DNA of 64,000 bases from Octopus sinensis (Eukaryota), in contig NC_043004.1 of NCBI RefSeq assembly GCF_006345805.1, positions 83,452,001 through 83,516,000 of the forward strand, given 5' to 3'. Each line of letters begins with the position of its first letter. The stretch's first letter is position 1. Position numbers and translations under genes: made by a program. Below, in pieces: positions 38,603 to 52,625 of the stretch. The notes below the pieces were generated by a model. It searched no databases. It had not been told where the DNA came from and worked only from the letters and a program-made list of their open reading frames with translations.

Positions 38603-38755
38603 GTATGTGTGTCTGTACTATTTATATATATATATATATATATATACATATATATTAAGAAATGCATATATATATATATATATTATAGAGAGAGAGAGAG
38701 AGAGACACGGACATACATAAACGCACAGGCGTGCGCGTGTGTACGTGTCTGTGTG

Positions 38756-38801
<46 letters not shown>

Positions 38802-39094
38802 CTGTATTTTGGTATCTGACACATGCCACTACTTGCCAGCTGGTATTGTTTTGTTTGCGTCCCGTAACTTTGAGATTTGGAAAAGATTATGACAGAATAA
38901 CTATTAGACTTTAAAAAATATATATACTTCAATCAATTTGTTCGAATAAATCCTTTAAGGCCTTGCCCCATCATGGCCGCAGCCTAATGAGTGAGACAAG
39001 TAACAGATAAACGTTGTAATATACAGTGTGTTAATAAATAAACGTTACACATTGTTAAATTCAGAAAAACAAAACAAAACTAGATCACTCTTCA

Positions 39095-39730
39095 GAATTT
39101 GTATCAAAACGTTCCCAGACTAGTTATGCTTAATAAGCTATAATTTATTTACCTTTCACATTATTTCCTTCGAAATAGTCACCTTGCGCGCCAATATTCC
39201 GATCCCGACATTCGTCCCACTTTTGGAATCCAGCCTGGAATTCGTTTTCTTTAAACGAGTCAGGGACCTTCTGTGAGTCGCTCTTGATCTCTACAACCGT
39301 TTTAAAACGCCGACCTTTGAGCTGAATTTCCATCTTTGGGAAGAAACATAAATCTTCAGGTACGAAATCCGGTGAATAGGGCTTTTGCGGAAGCGATGCC
39401 TTGTTGTTTTTGGCGAGAAACTCGGGAGTGAGAAGAGCTAGGTGACAGAGTGTATTGTCGTCGTGAAGCATCCAATTCTTTGCAAACGTTAGGATTGGCT
39501 GCATAGACCCATACGACAGACCAACATCATTTGCAATATCGTCGGTGATTTTACTCCGACGATTCTCATTCACAAGTTGGTTACTTTTCTCCATATCGTG
39601 AGTGACCTAGTAACACGTCTCCCAGATAACTCATCGACTTCCACGGAATTCTTCCTAGTTGAAGCACCCGTGCCACTTAAAACATTGCGTGCGACCCATT
39701 GCCAAATCATGCTCAATGTCTGTGCAGTAG
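39095..39730 (-). mobile_element. Internally deleted mariner
   Basis: HTH remnants (GRTQCFKW, DELSGR, IANDVGLSYGS) join directly to WMLHDDN..PQKPYSPDFVPED..QGDYFEGN; the first catalytic Asp region is missing. Confidence 0.85.
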
Positions 39731-39774
39731 GCCTCCCGATTTAATGCAAAATTTCAGTTACTTACGTTATTTAT

Positions 39775-39950
39775 ATTATTTACATTATTTATATTTCACG
39801 GATATTGTCTTCATCTTGTTTGTTGTTAACACAACGTTTCGGCTGATATACCCTCCAGCCTTCGTTAGGTGCCTTGGGGAAATTTCAAGCCTGGGTTGAC
39901 CTCAAACAAGATGAGGACAAATAGCCGTCAAATGTAAATAATGTAAATAA
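39775..39950. mobile_element. pLTR fragment with mutated minimal hammerhead (39828-39873, minus) and a short inverted copy (39899-39950)
   Basis: Minus strand: ggcac-CTAACGA-aggct..agcc-GAAA-cg-TT-gtgtt (G5 changed to A). caaacaagatgaggacaaat..gtaaataatgtaaataa mirrors 39775-39822. Confidence 0.6.
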
Positions 39951-39955
39951 TAATA

Positions 39956-40355
39956 GGCGCAGGAGTGACTGTGTGGTAAGTAGCTTGCTACCAACCACAT
40001 GGTTCTGGGTTCACTCCCACTGCGTGACACCTGGGCGAGTGTCTTCTATTATATAGCCTCGGGCCGACCAAAGCCTTGTGAGTGGATCTGGTAGAGGGAA
40101 ACTGAAAGAAGCCCGTCGTATATATGTATATATAATATATGTGAGTGTGTGTGTTTGTGTGTCTGTGTTTGTCCTCCCACATCGCTTGCCAAACCGATGC
40201 TGGTGTGTCTATGTCCCCGTAACCTAGCGGTTCGGCAAAAGAGACCATTAGAATAAGTACTAGGCGTACAAAAGATAAGTCCTGGGGTCGATTTGGTCGA
40301 CTAAACACGGTCCTCCAGCTTGGCCGCACTCAAATGACTAAAAGAAGTAAAAGAG
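39956..40355 (+). mobile_element. SINE family B, full length
   Basis: Same family motifs as 17556. Confidence 0.88.
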
Positions 40356-40613
40356 TTTAAATAGTAATGTATATAATTCCTCATCTCTTAAATATAGAAC
40401 TGTAAATTTTCAAGTTGGCCTTGTGGAGATGTACTTGTAGAGATGCACTTGTGAGATGTACTTGGAGATGTACTTGATCTGAGATATTGTGCTGAAAAAA
40501 AATGCAGCGTGGAAAGTGTTTATAAGCTATTTAAAAACACAGAAAGACCGTTAGATTCACTTCAATTTGTCAAAATATTTTCGTCGATTTGAAACCGTGA
40601 CCTATTCATTGAT

Positions 40614-40682
<69 letters not shown>

Positions 40683-41108
40683 AAAGAGACATTTGTAAAA
40701 ACATTCGTATGCATATTAAGAAAGAAAGAGAGGGAAGAACAGTAACAAACATTTCTATGACTTCCTGAAACAAATTCTTATACATACATATATCCTAATA
40801 TATACGTACATATATACAGACACGTATAAACGCATACACAGCAATGTATACACATAGTGATTATGACTGTTATCGTCAATTTTACTTCCCTTCGCAAGAA
40901 AACTACTTAAAGATCTGAAAATGTTAAATGCGCAGGTGACTGCTGACTACTACATATATACAAATATCAATGATAACCGCGATATTATTTTATTATGCAT
41001 AAGTATGGGAGACTGTGTTTACGATATTAAAAAAAATATATATCGCTTTATCAATTCTTTCTGTTATATAATTAGTTAGAATGCAAATGAGGTAATTTCA
41101 TATATATA

Positions 41109-41144
<36 letters not shown>

Positions 41145-42186
41145 CTCACGCATCTATATGTCTTGTTATATATACATATATGCATATATTTACATATGCA
41201 TATATATGTAAGGATATATATATATATACATATGTATATACATGTGTGTATATATATATACATACACACACACATATATATATATATACATATATGTGTG
41301 TATATATATATGCATATATATAAATACATATATACAATTGTACGTTTGTTTATAAATATACACACACACAAACTCTCTCATATATATGCATACATACATT
41401 AACCAGCATATGATTATTTTGACATGTATATACGTATGCATATATGAATGTTTGTGTGTGTGTGTGTGAGCATGTATGTGTGTGTATGTGCGTGTATGTG
41501 TGAGTCACATACATATTCTCATATATATGCATATATAGATTAACCATCATATTCTTATTTTGACAGTTATGTATATATGAATGTTTGTGTGTGCCTTTGT
41601 GTGTGTGCATATATGTGTGTGTGTACGTGCGTGAATGTGTATGTGTATAAGTGTTTGCATGTGTGTTTGTGTGTTTAGCTAAAATTAAACGTGAATATTT
41701 AAGGAAAGCTAAAACTTATCATTTATTCTTTAATTTAAGAAGCATTAATCGTATTTTTTTTCTTAAACACTTGCATTCATCACCACTACTCCTACCGCGC
41801 CTCTCACTGCAATATGTTGGCAAACACACAGCGACTGCTCTGTACATTAAATGATGCGGTATGTCATGGTTTATTCCCAAAGGATGTAATGGTTCTCTTG
41901 TCAACTTGACGACTTCTCATTTTATTGTTTATTGTTATAAATGGATGTTTATTATGTTTCTGTTTTATCTGGATTAACTTACTTCGTTTTGAAGTAAGGG
42001 TAGACGATAGCTGTGATATAACTGCTAACTTTTTCTCCAGATGTTCACCAACGAATTTATGCGTACTCATACGATCACATGTAAACAAGCGCATACATAC
42101 GCGAGTACATATGCGATGAGTTATTCACAAACACACACATGTATATTATGTATACATGAAAATATGTGTACGTCTCTCTCTCTCTC

Positions 42187-42239
<53 letters not shown>

Positions 42240-42246
<7 letters not shown>

Positions 42247-42391
42247 GTAAGTAGTTTGTTTACCAACCACATGGTTCCGGGTTCAGTCCCACTGCGTGGC
42301 ATCTTGGGCAAGTATCGTCTGCTATAACCCCGGGCCGACCAATGCCTTGTGAGTGGATTTGGTAGACGGAAACTGAAAGAAGCCTGTCGTA

Positions 42392-42454
<63 letters not shown>

Positions 42455-42680
42455 GTGTGTTTGTGTGTCTGTGTTTGTTCCCCTAGCATTGCTTGACAAC
42501 CGATGCTGGTGTGTTTACGTCCCCGTCACTTAGCGGTTCGGCAAAAAAGACCAATAGAATAAGTACTGGGCTTACAAAAGAATAAGTCCCGGGGTCGAGT
42601 TGCTCGATTAAAGGCGGTGCTCCAGCATGGTCACAGTCAAATGACTGAAACAAGTAAAAGAGTAAAAGAGAGTAAAGAGA
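42240..42680 (+). mobile_element. SINE family B, slightly 5'-truncated
   Basis: Same family motifs as 17556. Confidence 0.88.
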
Positions 42681-43339
42681 GTATATATATATTTGTATGT
42701 ATATATGTATATATATATATGTACACACACATGCATGTATGTATCGTACATGTAGATAAATATATATACATATATATGTATGCGTGTGTGTATGTGTATG
42801 AGAGTTTGTATCTATGGATGTATATGCGTATGTACAAATATTGATGATGAGAAACAGAGATGGTTAAAGAAAGGCGTCACCAAACTATGGCATTGGAATA
42901 AATGTTTTGTAGATGAGTCAAGAATAATGGTTTTAAATTTAAGCATAATCGCAAGAATTTATTTTAGGAGAGGCTTAAGTCGATGCTTCTGACGTCAGTT
43001 GTTTTAACTATTAGTTATCTACGGAATGATGAAAGGCAAATTTGACTCCAGCATGATTTGAACCGGAAACGTAAAAGAAAGAAAGAAATCCGGCAAGTCA
43101 TTTAACCACTACTCTGTAATGCTTCGGCTGCTACGCCGTCTCATGAGTCACATGTAATTTTGTATGATAACGTTGGCTTAGAAGGTTTTTGAATAGAGGC
43201 AGAAATAAATAAAGAAATGTATTGTTTTTTCAGTGAATAATGTATGCTGATTGTTATGAATCCTCGCAGCAGAATTTATCAATTTATAGAGAAAAGTATG
43301 TGACGACAAACCTAGGACATATCCAACATCTGTTGTAAT

Positions 43340-43555
43340 GCGGCGAGCTGGCAGAATCGCTAGCACGTCGGGTGAGATGCTTATCGCTATTCCGTCTGTC
43401 TTTACGTTTAGAGTTCAAATTTCGCCGAGGTCGACTTTGCCTTTCTTCCATTCGAAGTCGATAAATTAAGTACCAGTTACGTACAGGAGTTCATCTGATC
43501 GACCGGCCCCTCCCCACAATTTTCTGGCCTTGTGCCTAGAGTAGAAAAGAATATT
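43340..43555 (+). mobile_element. SINE family A, type-1 tail
   Basis: gcggcgagctggcagaatcg..gaggtcgactttgcc..gccttgtgcctagagtagaaaagaat. Confidence 0.85.
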
Positions 43556-44149
43556 GAACATCTGTTGTACATTCATACTTGTTGAGTATTAAGATAAAGA
43601 AAAATACGAATTAAAGCTATGCATGTTGTGTGTTAATAAGGAAAGTGGTGAAGGCAGAAAGCTGGCCGTTTCGTTAAGGCGGCGGAGAAAATGTTTAATG
43701 ACATTTTCCCGGCTCTTTACGCACCGAGCGCGAATCCTGCAGGGATCAAATTTTGTATTCACCATTTTAGTGTCGATAAAAAACAATGTGTCAAAATAAT
43801 ACCGGGGTCGAAGTAGTCAACCTGACCCTTCCCCTACACTTAAAATACTGGCCGTGTGCCAAAATTTGAAAGAACTAATGGATATGAGGTAAAAGGCTTT
43901 CATCGTGTCATAAATTGTATAAAATCCCCATTTGCGTAGACTTGCTTTATAAGGCTCCTTATTGAACGTGTATTTTCTATTTTGACTGTAGATTCTAATA
44001 TAGATTGCTTATAATATACTAAAACAACAAGAGCAACACCAACGTCCTCAAAACGATTAGAATGAGATGATCTTTAAAATGAGAATATCTGAAATAAACT
44101 CGGCTGCGCTCATAAACTAGAATACTAACAATGAACACAACCGTTTACA

Positions 44150-44363
44150 AAAATTGTGCAGGAAATAGGGAAAAATAATCCAGAATCCTTGTCCTGTAAC
44201 CAATCGATCCCCAAAACCGTTCAGTTCATACCAGTCACGAGGCTAAACATCCCTGAAAGTTTCATTCGAATCCATACAGGGGTTCTTGAGATATCTTGTC
44301 CACGGACAAACAAATAAACGCGACCTAAAACAATACATCCGTCTTCGATAGGGCGGAGGTAAT
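44150..44363 (-). mobile_element. Possible non-autonomous Helentron/DINE-1-like element end
   Basis: Minus strand starts attacctccgcc..gacgga..tgtttt..gtcgcgtttatttgtttgtcc..aagatatctcaagaac, a pattern recalled from DINE-1/HINE-like elements. Confidence 0.4.
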
Positions 44364-44904
44364 AACGCGTCGCACTGGTAGAATCGTTACCGCACCGAGC
44401 AAAATGCTTATCGGCATTTCGTCCTTATTACGTTATGAGTGCAAATTTCGCCTTAGCCGTATATATATACATAATTAAGATAAAGTTATTATTAAATGAT
44501 TATTTATCGGTGGAAAGCGTACCAACAACGCCATACTGTTTAATTTATAAGTATATTTATAAAAATATAATTATAATAATTATAATGAATTGACAACACT
44601 TGTACGCTAGAAATAGGCACCAAGTGGATTATAAATCACTTGTGTAATTACACCATGTACTACAAGTTTGTATGCGAGGAAACTGGATAGAAAAGAGTCA
44701 TAAAATTATTGTGGGCAACCCTATATCTTAAGATAATATATTTTGCGATATTAGAAACGCTTTCCAATCATCAGTAGGTTAAACCAAGCGTAAATAAATG
44801 AGATATACATATACATCCCATTTATATACAGTCGTACAAATACGAATATATACATGCATTTCAGATATCATTTCTGTCCATTTTTATAATTATACTTAAA
44901 TATA

Positions 44905-46183
44905 TTAGGTTGTCAAGAAAGTTCTTGCGGGATTTTAAAATTTGGTTAGGGTGATGTATTTTCAAATTAATTTTCGTTAAATTACTTTGACTTTATATAT
45001 CATTTTAAAGCCCATTTTTCACTCTATCTAATCGGGATACTCTTTTTCTTTGTGAGTAATTAGGCCATTTTTTCCGGAACGTTGAATACATCATGGATGA
45101 AAAGCAAATTCTCACAATTTTCTAATTCCAGTTCAAGGTAGGCCAAAAAGCTACTGAAACACATCGCGATATCAACGATGCGTTTGGCCCAGGAATCACT
45201 AATGAACTTACAGCACAATGTCGGTTCAAGAAATTTCGTAACGGAGACGAGAGTCTTGAAGATGATAAGCGTAGTGGTCGCCCATCGGATGTTGACAACG
45301 ATCAACTAAGAGCCTTAGTCGAAGCCAATCCACGCACAACTGTTCGAGCGCTTGCTTATGAATTAGACGTAACATATACGACAATTTCCTACGACTTGAC
45401 AGATATTGGGAAAACAAAAATATTTGAGAAATTGGTGCCGCACGAAATGAACGACAACCAAAAGAAAAAAAACGCCATTTTGAAGTGTCGTCTTCCCTTC
45501 TTTTACGCAACAAGAACGATCCGTTTCTCGACCCGATTGTGATTTGCGATGAAAAGTCGATTCTTTACGACAACCGGCGACGCTCAGCTCAGTGGTTAGA
45601 CGCCGACAAAGCTCCACAGCACTCCCCGAAGCAAAAGTTGCACCAAAAGAAGATCATGGTGACTGTTCGGTGGTCTGCGGACGGTCTCATCCATCACAGC
45701 ATTTTGAATCCAAGCGAAACCATTACAGCTAAGAATTACTGTCAACAAATTGATGAAATGCATAGAAACTCCAACAACAACCAACAATGGTTAATAGAAA
45801 AGGACCAATTCTTCTCCACCACAACGCTCGGCCGCACGTAGCACAACTGACCCTGCAGAAGTTGAACGAATTGGGCTACGAAACTCTGCCTCATCCGCCA
45901 TACTCAGGAGACCTCTCGGTTACCGACTATCACGTTTTCAAGCATCTCGACAACTTCCTGCGTGAGAAACGCTTCAAAAACCAAGACGATGCCAAACACG
46001 CCTTCGACGACTTCATCACCACCAGAACGCAGGATTTTTGCGCATAAATAAACTTGCTTCGCGTTGGCAAAAGTGTGTTGATTCTGATGGTGTTTATTTC
46101 GATTAATAAAGTTTTGTTTGAGCCGAGATATGTGCATCTGAATTTAAAGAATAAAAGCCACAAAAACTTTCTTGACAACCTAA
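44905..46183 (+). mobile_element. Full-length mariner (1279 bp) with TIRs and TA TSD
   Basis: TIR ttaggttgtcaagaaagtt / aactttcttgacaacctaa, flanked by TA on each side. Confidence 0.95.
45093..46106 (+). pseudogene. Mariner DD34D transposase pseudogene (Hsmar1-like)
   Basis: MDEKQI..LEDDKRSGRP..LVPHEM; IVICDEKSILYDN; LLHHNARPH; LPHPPYSGDLSVTDY; RWQKCVDSDGVYFD*. At least two frameshifts and two stops. Confidence 0.93.
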
Positions 46184-48440
46184 TAAATTAACCAATGTGG
46201 TCTTGTTGCTACGCTGGTCACTGATAAATCATTAATAATTACTTCATCCTAATTACATATAAATATATATTCATTCACTCCACAAACGTGTTTGCTGCGG
46301 AATTATTCTGAGTAAATATGCATATATTTGAAATGAACGATGGAGTTTTACTTCGTATATGTATATGTGAACTACATGTATTCCTTCGTATTTGTACGAC
46401 TGTATATCTATGGTATGTATATGTATTTCTCATTTATTTACGATCGGTTTACTCTACTGATGATTGGAAAGCGTTTTGAGTATCGCAACCCATGAAATCT
46501 TGTCTATAATAACTGTATAAACCTTTCTGTCTATTTTCTTCGCATTGTAGTCTACTGAATAATAACTTAAGTGGTTTATAGTCCATTTGGCGCCCTTTTC
46601 TAGCATACAGGCGTTGTCACTTCTGCGGCCTTTACTATAATTGTATTTTTATAACAATACTTAAATATATATATGGAATATAATAGTCTATTGTTTTACA
46701 ATTGTTGAATGCTTCATGATGACTATCAATCATGCCAATAGCTAAGCATTCAACAATCAATACTAGAAGAATTGGAAACGGCACTAAAACCGTACGAAAT
46801 TTCAATCGATCTAAAAATGTTCTTCTAACATAAAATTTCGCAACCGTATTGTAACACTGAAACGAGAAAGACGAATTCAATTCCCATATGCTCGAACTGG
46901 TTTCCCATCATTTCTGGATATTAAAGTATCTAATACGATATCGTGTTTCAATATCATCGAATGGTTAAGTACGGTTGCATAATAAAATTTCATCTCAATA
47001 ATGTTATCATTGATGTATAAATTTAAACGATACCGTGTTGTAAATTAAACGGTATTGGTTGATAATCGCTTTTCGAAACACGTTCACTCTGATGCGCACT
47101 TTCACATGTATTTATGCAATGAGAAGGAATATTTAGAAATTTTCGAAGCGCAACGCACAAGGGTCGCCATCTTGGGTTTAATACAGCAATCACATTCGTT
47201 ACCACTTGATCGGTGTGGATTATGGGTTTAATGAAATGAAATCACTTCGTATTAGTTTAATTTATGTTGCCATTACTGTAGAGCCATCAATTTAAATGCA
47301 TGCTTCTGGAGAAATGATTTACTATACATCGGTGCCAACCTAATCTGTATTCAATTCATGTTAAAAACGATTATACTTTTTAACATTCTTCGTTGGTTGT
47401 GTATTTTTGTGAGTGAGATAGGAGGAGATTGAGTGTTTGTGCATGAGTATGTGAGAGAGAGAGAGGGGGGAGGAAGAGAGAGAGAGTACAAATTGAGCGT
47501 GACTAATATACTGAACTTGGGAAAACAATTGCATCCATTAATATTTCAACGATTGCTTTCGTAAAAACGGTCGACAAAAAGGAGAATAATGTGAAGTACA
47601 TGTCGTTTTAATGTGCATTTTTACTATAAGAAAATGATACAAGTTATTTTATTTCAGTGGACCAGGTACATAAACAACCTTACGCCTCGATTTTTCTTAT
47701 TCTTAAAGTGACTCGCAATGGTGCATTCATTTATCTGAAGTCCAATATTAAATAGTAAGCTAAGCTCATCATGAATGTTGTGATTAGGGGTTACCTCATC
47801 AGCACTGAAATATATTTTATTGAGGTCATTTGCTACCGTATTTACCCGGTTTAATACCCTTGGAAACATCGATAACTAATATAGTTCCCGATCCATGAAG
47901 CAATCAATCAAATTTCTTATTCGTGTTTAAATTCATATTGAAACCGTTTTCTCTATTTCAAGATGTTTCCCCGGGTGACATAGAGTATTTGTAAAAATAT
48001 GCTATTTTGTACGCTTATAAAGAGATGTTAATACATATGTCATACTAACGTAGTTTATTCAATATTGTTGTGTAGAATTATAAGTTTTCAGTGACCAGAA
48101 TTTGCAACACGTTTCTGTTCTCAGTAAAATCTGGGTTGTTCGAAGAATTTTCTTCGAGATAGTAATGAATATCACAGCACACTAAGAATATTACCTTATG
48201 AAGCTTTACATGATTCAAGAAACACTTCATATAAAGTGTCTTTCCCGTTTGTGATGAGGAGGTGTGCCTTCCACGGGAGATTTGACTACTAGTTCTAGCG
48301 TGTCTTAATAAGAGACCCCCGTTACTTTCCACTGAAGAGATTTGTTTCCGGTTCCATCGAAGTGAATAATGAAGTACTGAAGACGATTTTACTCCGATTC
48401 TTTCTCACTCTCTTCCTCTCTCCCCCTCTCTCTCTCTCGT

Positions 48441-48471
<31 letters not shown>

Positions 48472-48789
48472 TTCTTTCTCTCCCTCTTTCTTTCTTTCTC
48501 CCTTCCTTCCTGGCTTCCTTTCTACCATCCTTTCTTTCTTTCTTCCTTTCTTTCATTCTTTCTTTCTTTTTCTTTCATTCATTCTTTCTTTCTCCCTTAT
48601 GAAGTCGGCAACGTGAAGAGCCAAGAAAGAAATATTCGAATCTGATTCAAGTGTATTTCCTATTTTGGGGAATCTGTACCTATTGTATCGAATCCGGAAA
48701 AATGCAAGGCAAAATCGACAGAGTTGATCTCAGAACGTAAAAATAGAAGAAATCCCCAAAACGATCTTGTCAAATACGGAAACGTATCC

Positions 48790-49445
48790 TGCGAGCTTGC
48801 TGCCTAAAAAAATGGTTTGATATTTTTGCGCAAGGTCATAGTTTTTGAGGAGAGGGGCAAGTCAATTACATGATCAGTATTAATTGACTGGTATTCATTT
48901 TATTGACCATTTAGACGGTGAAAGGCCATGTCGACCTTGGCGAATTTCAGCTCAGAACATAGAAACAGACGAAACACTGCTGAGCATTTTGTCCGGCGTG
49001 CTAAAGATTCTGTGAGCCCACCGTTTCGTGAGAATCTATATAGAGAAATCGCACTGGACATTGAGGCTCCGTTCGTCATGTTTCTGCTCACGAATAACCA
49101 TTATATTTTAATTGTAGATGACTATTTATTGAAAATATGCATCTAGAATTAAAATATAAGAGCGATGTCGATTTTCTCTTCACCACTTTGGGGTTCACAA
49201 AATAAGTACTGTTTGAACCAAAAAATTCAAATCAAGATAAAACTAATATGACTCAGTGAGCCGGCAGAATCGTCAGCACGTTAAATGCTTGGTGGCATTT
49301 CGTAGATATTTACGTTCTGAGTTCAAATTCCATCGACGTCGAACTTTCCTTTTATTCCTTCGGGGTTGATACAATAAGTACCAGCTGAGCCCCGGGATCA
49401 TTGTTCTGGATTTAGGCTATCACCTGAAATAGCTGGTCTTGTGCT
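48790..49445. mobile_element. Two degenerate SINE A copies (48790-49020 minus, 49255-49445 plus)
   Basis: Family A head and body motifs. Confidence 0.7.
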
Positions 49446-50396
49446 GACATTTGTCTCGAATATATAAGTACTGTCCATAGTTTAAATAATTTATAGGAAA
49501 GAAAAATTGTAAAGTACATAAGCTTCCAACGACTTTAGGAAACCAACATGAAATTATCTGCTCTTTTGCGCACTCGAACACTTTACATCTGGAGCTGTAC
49601 TGTCTAAATTAAGATTTCTGTATTGAAGTATATGTGTAAAGGAAATGAAAGAATTTCTGAATTAGCTTACTTCAAAAAAGTGAGTCAGAGCAGACAATAT
49701 TTCGTATCATTGATGAATTTAAGAATTGAATAAGTAACATGTGGTTGCTAATGGTGACTGAAAGAGCTAAATATTCTCAGACTTATGCAAATCACTTGAT
49801 TTAATCTTTGTAAATTTAATAAACCGAGAAATGATTCAAATTATAATTCATGTTACTTTGAGAGACTTATAGAAAACATGTTTTATATAAAAAAAAATGT
49901 GTTAAGGCATATTTTGATGTCAAACTAGGATTCATTTTATTGAGTGAAATGTACTGTAAAATGCTGTGAGTTGAAGATTTAACACTTATTTGAATTCTAT
50001 TAACATTTCAAAGTGCATCTTTCACACATATTTTCATCTATAAATTTTGATGCTGTTAAATACAGCATTATAAAATATGTTAATAATATTATCATTGCAG
50101 AAACGTATCTTATTCTTCATCTCTCATAATCTAAATAATAATCTTTAATAAGAAAGTCAGTAGTAGTTGTGTTTGCTCGACGGAAATTGGAGAAAACTTC
50201 TAAAAAAAACCAGATTTTCCTCCAAGTTATAGTAAGTATACTGATAATTAAAATTGAATTTCAACCTCGGCTTCCTTCCTTCTTATTCTAGCAAAATATG
50301 CTACACTATAAGATGCTAAAATATTAATAAAAATTATTGCATATGTATGATTGCATAAGTATGTATGCATATATATATATATATATATACATATAT

Positions 50397-50427
<31 letters not shown>

Positions 50428-50802
50428 CGTACATATACATGTATGTTTGTGTGTGTGTGTGTGTACACTCACATATATACATATAGAGAAATGTATACAC
50501 ACACATATATATATATATATACATATATACATATATATATACATATATGCATATATAAATATAAATATAAATATATATATATGCATATATATATGTGTAT
50601 ATATATATATAAACTTAGATAAACTTAGATATGTTTCGACCAAAGATTAGTCCAGGCCATGTCTAACTTAATAGCACCACCTGATAGGATTATTCGAATC
50701 CTGTTTAAGTCAAGTTTTGTTCAAGTAGTGAGTTCTTGTTGGGTGAGTTGTATCCAATTATGGGTGGCTTATCTGGTATTCTTTGAAGGAATCTATCCAG
50801 AC

Positions 50803-50874
<72 letters not shown>

Positions 50875-52036
50875 TATCATATGTGAGTGTGTATATATGT
50901 GCATGTATATATATAAATAAAAAGGGATTTTAAAATGCTGGCAGATATGAATAAAACACTCAGTTTTAAAAGATTTTGGTTAACAATATCCAACACTCAA
51001 ACAAGAACAAAGGTAAGTAGAATATACAGCTAAGTTAAATCCCTATGCATGAGAAGTTGATCAAAATATCCTTCACACGAATATCTAGATATTCAGAGCG
51101 ACAAAAAGCATACGTATAGAGAATATAACGTTCTATACATACATACTCGTATACAAACACACACACACACACACACACATACTCGAGCGCACACGCGATG
51201 GATTAGATTCTGTAATGCTGTTGCATTTGACCATTCGCATTGTGAACATATAACTTATGTCATGTGGGACTACATAATTCTGTCTGGTATTTAAGGTACT
51301 TATATGCTTTGCATGAAATAATGCAATAAGGGGTCACGTTACATTGGTATGAAATAAACGTATTGGAGGGGTATAAGGATTCATAAGGAAGGCGAGAATT
51401 GCTAGGGAGCATACCATAATTTAGTGCTGGTAGATATATTATTGTGTTACCGGTGTGGGGGGATAATCATAACGTGAAATTTGCGTCAGGTAACAAAAAA
51501 CAAAATATGATGAATTATGATCAGCTTGTGTCGAGATTTACTATGTTGTAGCATGGATTATTTACTCCGTTGTAATTTTGTTAGCAAATAAAGATTTTAT
51601 CGCAAGGATTGGTATTGTTGTAAGAATAGTTTGAGTTTTATCAAATGTATGCAAGGTTTCTTCTTTTTATTTCGTAAATAATCCCGATTATTTTGTGTCT
51701 GATGAATTCTAAAACTTTTTAGATATTTTGAATTCTTGTTAATCTACCAGACGGGAAATAGTTAGGTTATTTACAACGTCAAAATTGATAGTAAAACTAC
51801 TTTCCAGAATATTAAGTACAAATCCGTTCAATCTGTTATAATGACTTCCATTTGCGTTCTCTGGCTCTTGAAGATCTTAGACATTGAAAAATTGGTGTGA
51901 CAGCATCGTTTGGACTGACCCTTCATATATTGATTAGGAGCCGATGCCAATGTTTTATACCGTGTCACGAGACCAAACAATGAATTTCTTCTTTGTATTC
52001 AAACGCTATCAACTAAGAACAGATATCCAACCATTT

Positions 52037-52625
52037 AAGGCGGCGAGCTGGCAGAAACGTTAGCACGCCGGGTGAAATGCTTAGCGGTATTTCGCCTGTC
52101 GTTACGTTGTGAGTTCAAATTCCGCCGAGGTCGACTTTGCCTTTCATCCTTTCGGGGTCGATAAATTAAGTACCAGTTACGCACTGGAGTCGATGTAATC
52201 GACTTAATACCTATGTCTGTCCTAGTGTGTCCCCTTTGTGTTTAGCCCCTTGTGGGTAATAAAGAAATAGGTATTTCGCCTGTCGCTATGTTCTGAGTTC
52301 AAATTCCGCCGAAGTCAACTTTGCCTTTCATCCTTTCGGGGACGATAAATTAAGTATCAGTTACGCACTTGGGTCGATATAATCGACTTAATCCCTTTGT
52401 CTGTCCTTGTTTGTCCCCTCTGTGTTTAGCCCCTTGTGGGTAGTAAAGAAATAGGTATTTCGTCTGTTTTTATGTTCTGAGTTCAAATTCCGCCGAGGTC
52501 GACTTTGTCTTTCATCCTTTCGGGGTCGATAAATAAATTACCAATTACGCACTGGGATCGATATAATCGACTAAATCCCTTTGTTTGTCCCCTCTATGTT
52601 TATTCCCATGTGAGCAATAAAAAAA
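52037..52625 (+). mobile_element. SINE A head plus three tandem ~183-bp type-2 units
   Basis: Junctions aaagaaata|ggtatttcg at 52269/52270 and 52453/52454. Confidence 0.92.

Larger units (their letters stand above)
44587..46623. repeat. ~260-bp diverged inverted repeats (44587-44856, 46375-46623) flanking the mariner; pLTR-like with hammerhead remnant
   Basis: aacgctttccaatcatcagtag versus ctactgatgattggaaagcgtt; cagtcgtacaaatacgaa versus ttcgtatttgtacgactg. CTGATGA at 46457-63, GAAA at 46494-97, TC at 46503-04. Confidence 0.8.

Noticed and set aside
40422-40475. Four short gagatgtactt-like tandem repeats; similar 30-35-bp duplications at 2690-2755 and 4795-4858
   Set aside because: Ordinary local slippage duplications.
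52037-52625. Regularly spaced repeats that might suggest a CRISPR array or satellite
   Set aside because: The units are ~183-bp SINE bodies with no unique spacers; the context is eukaryotic and has no cas genes.
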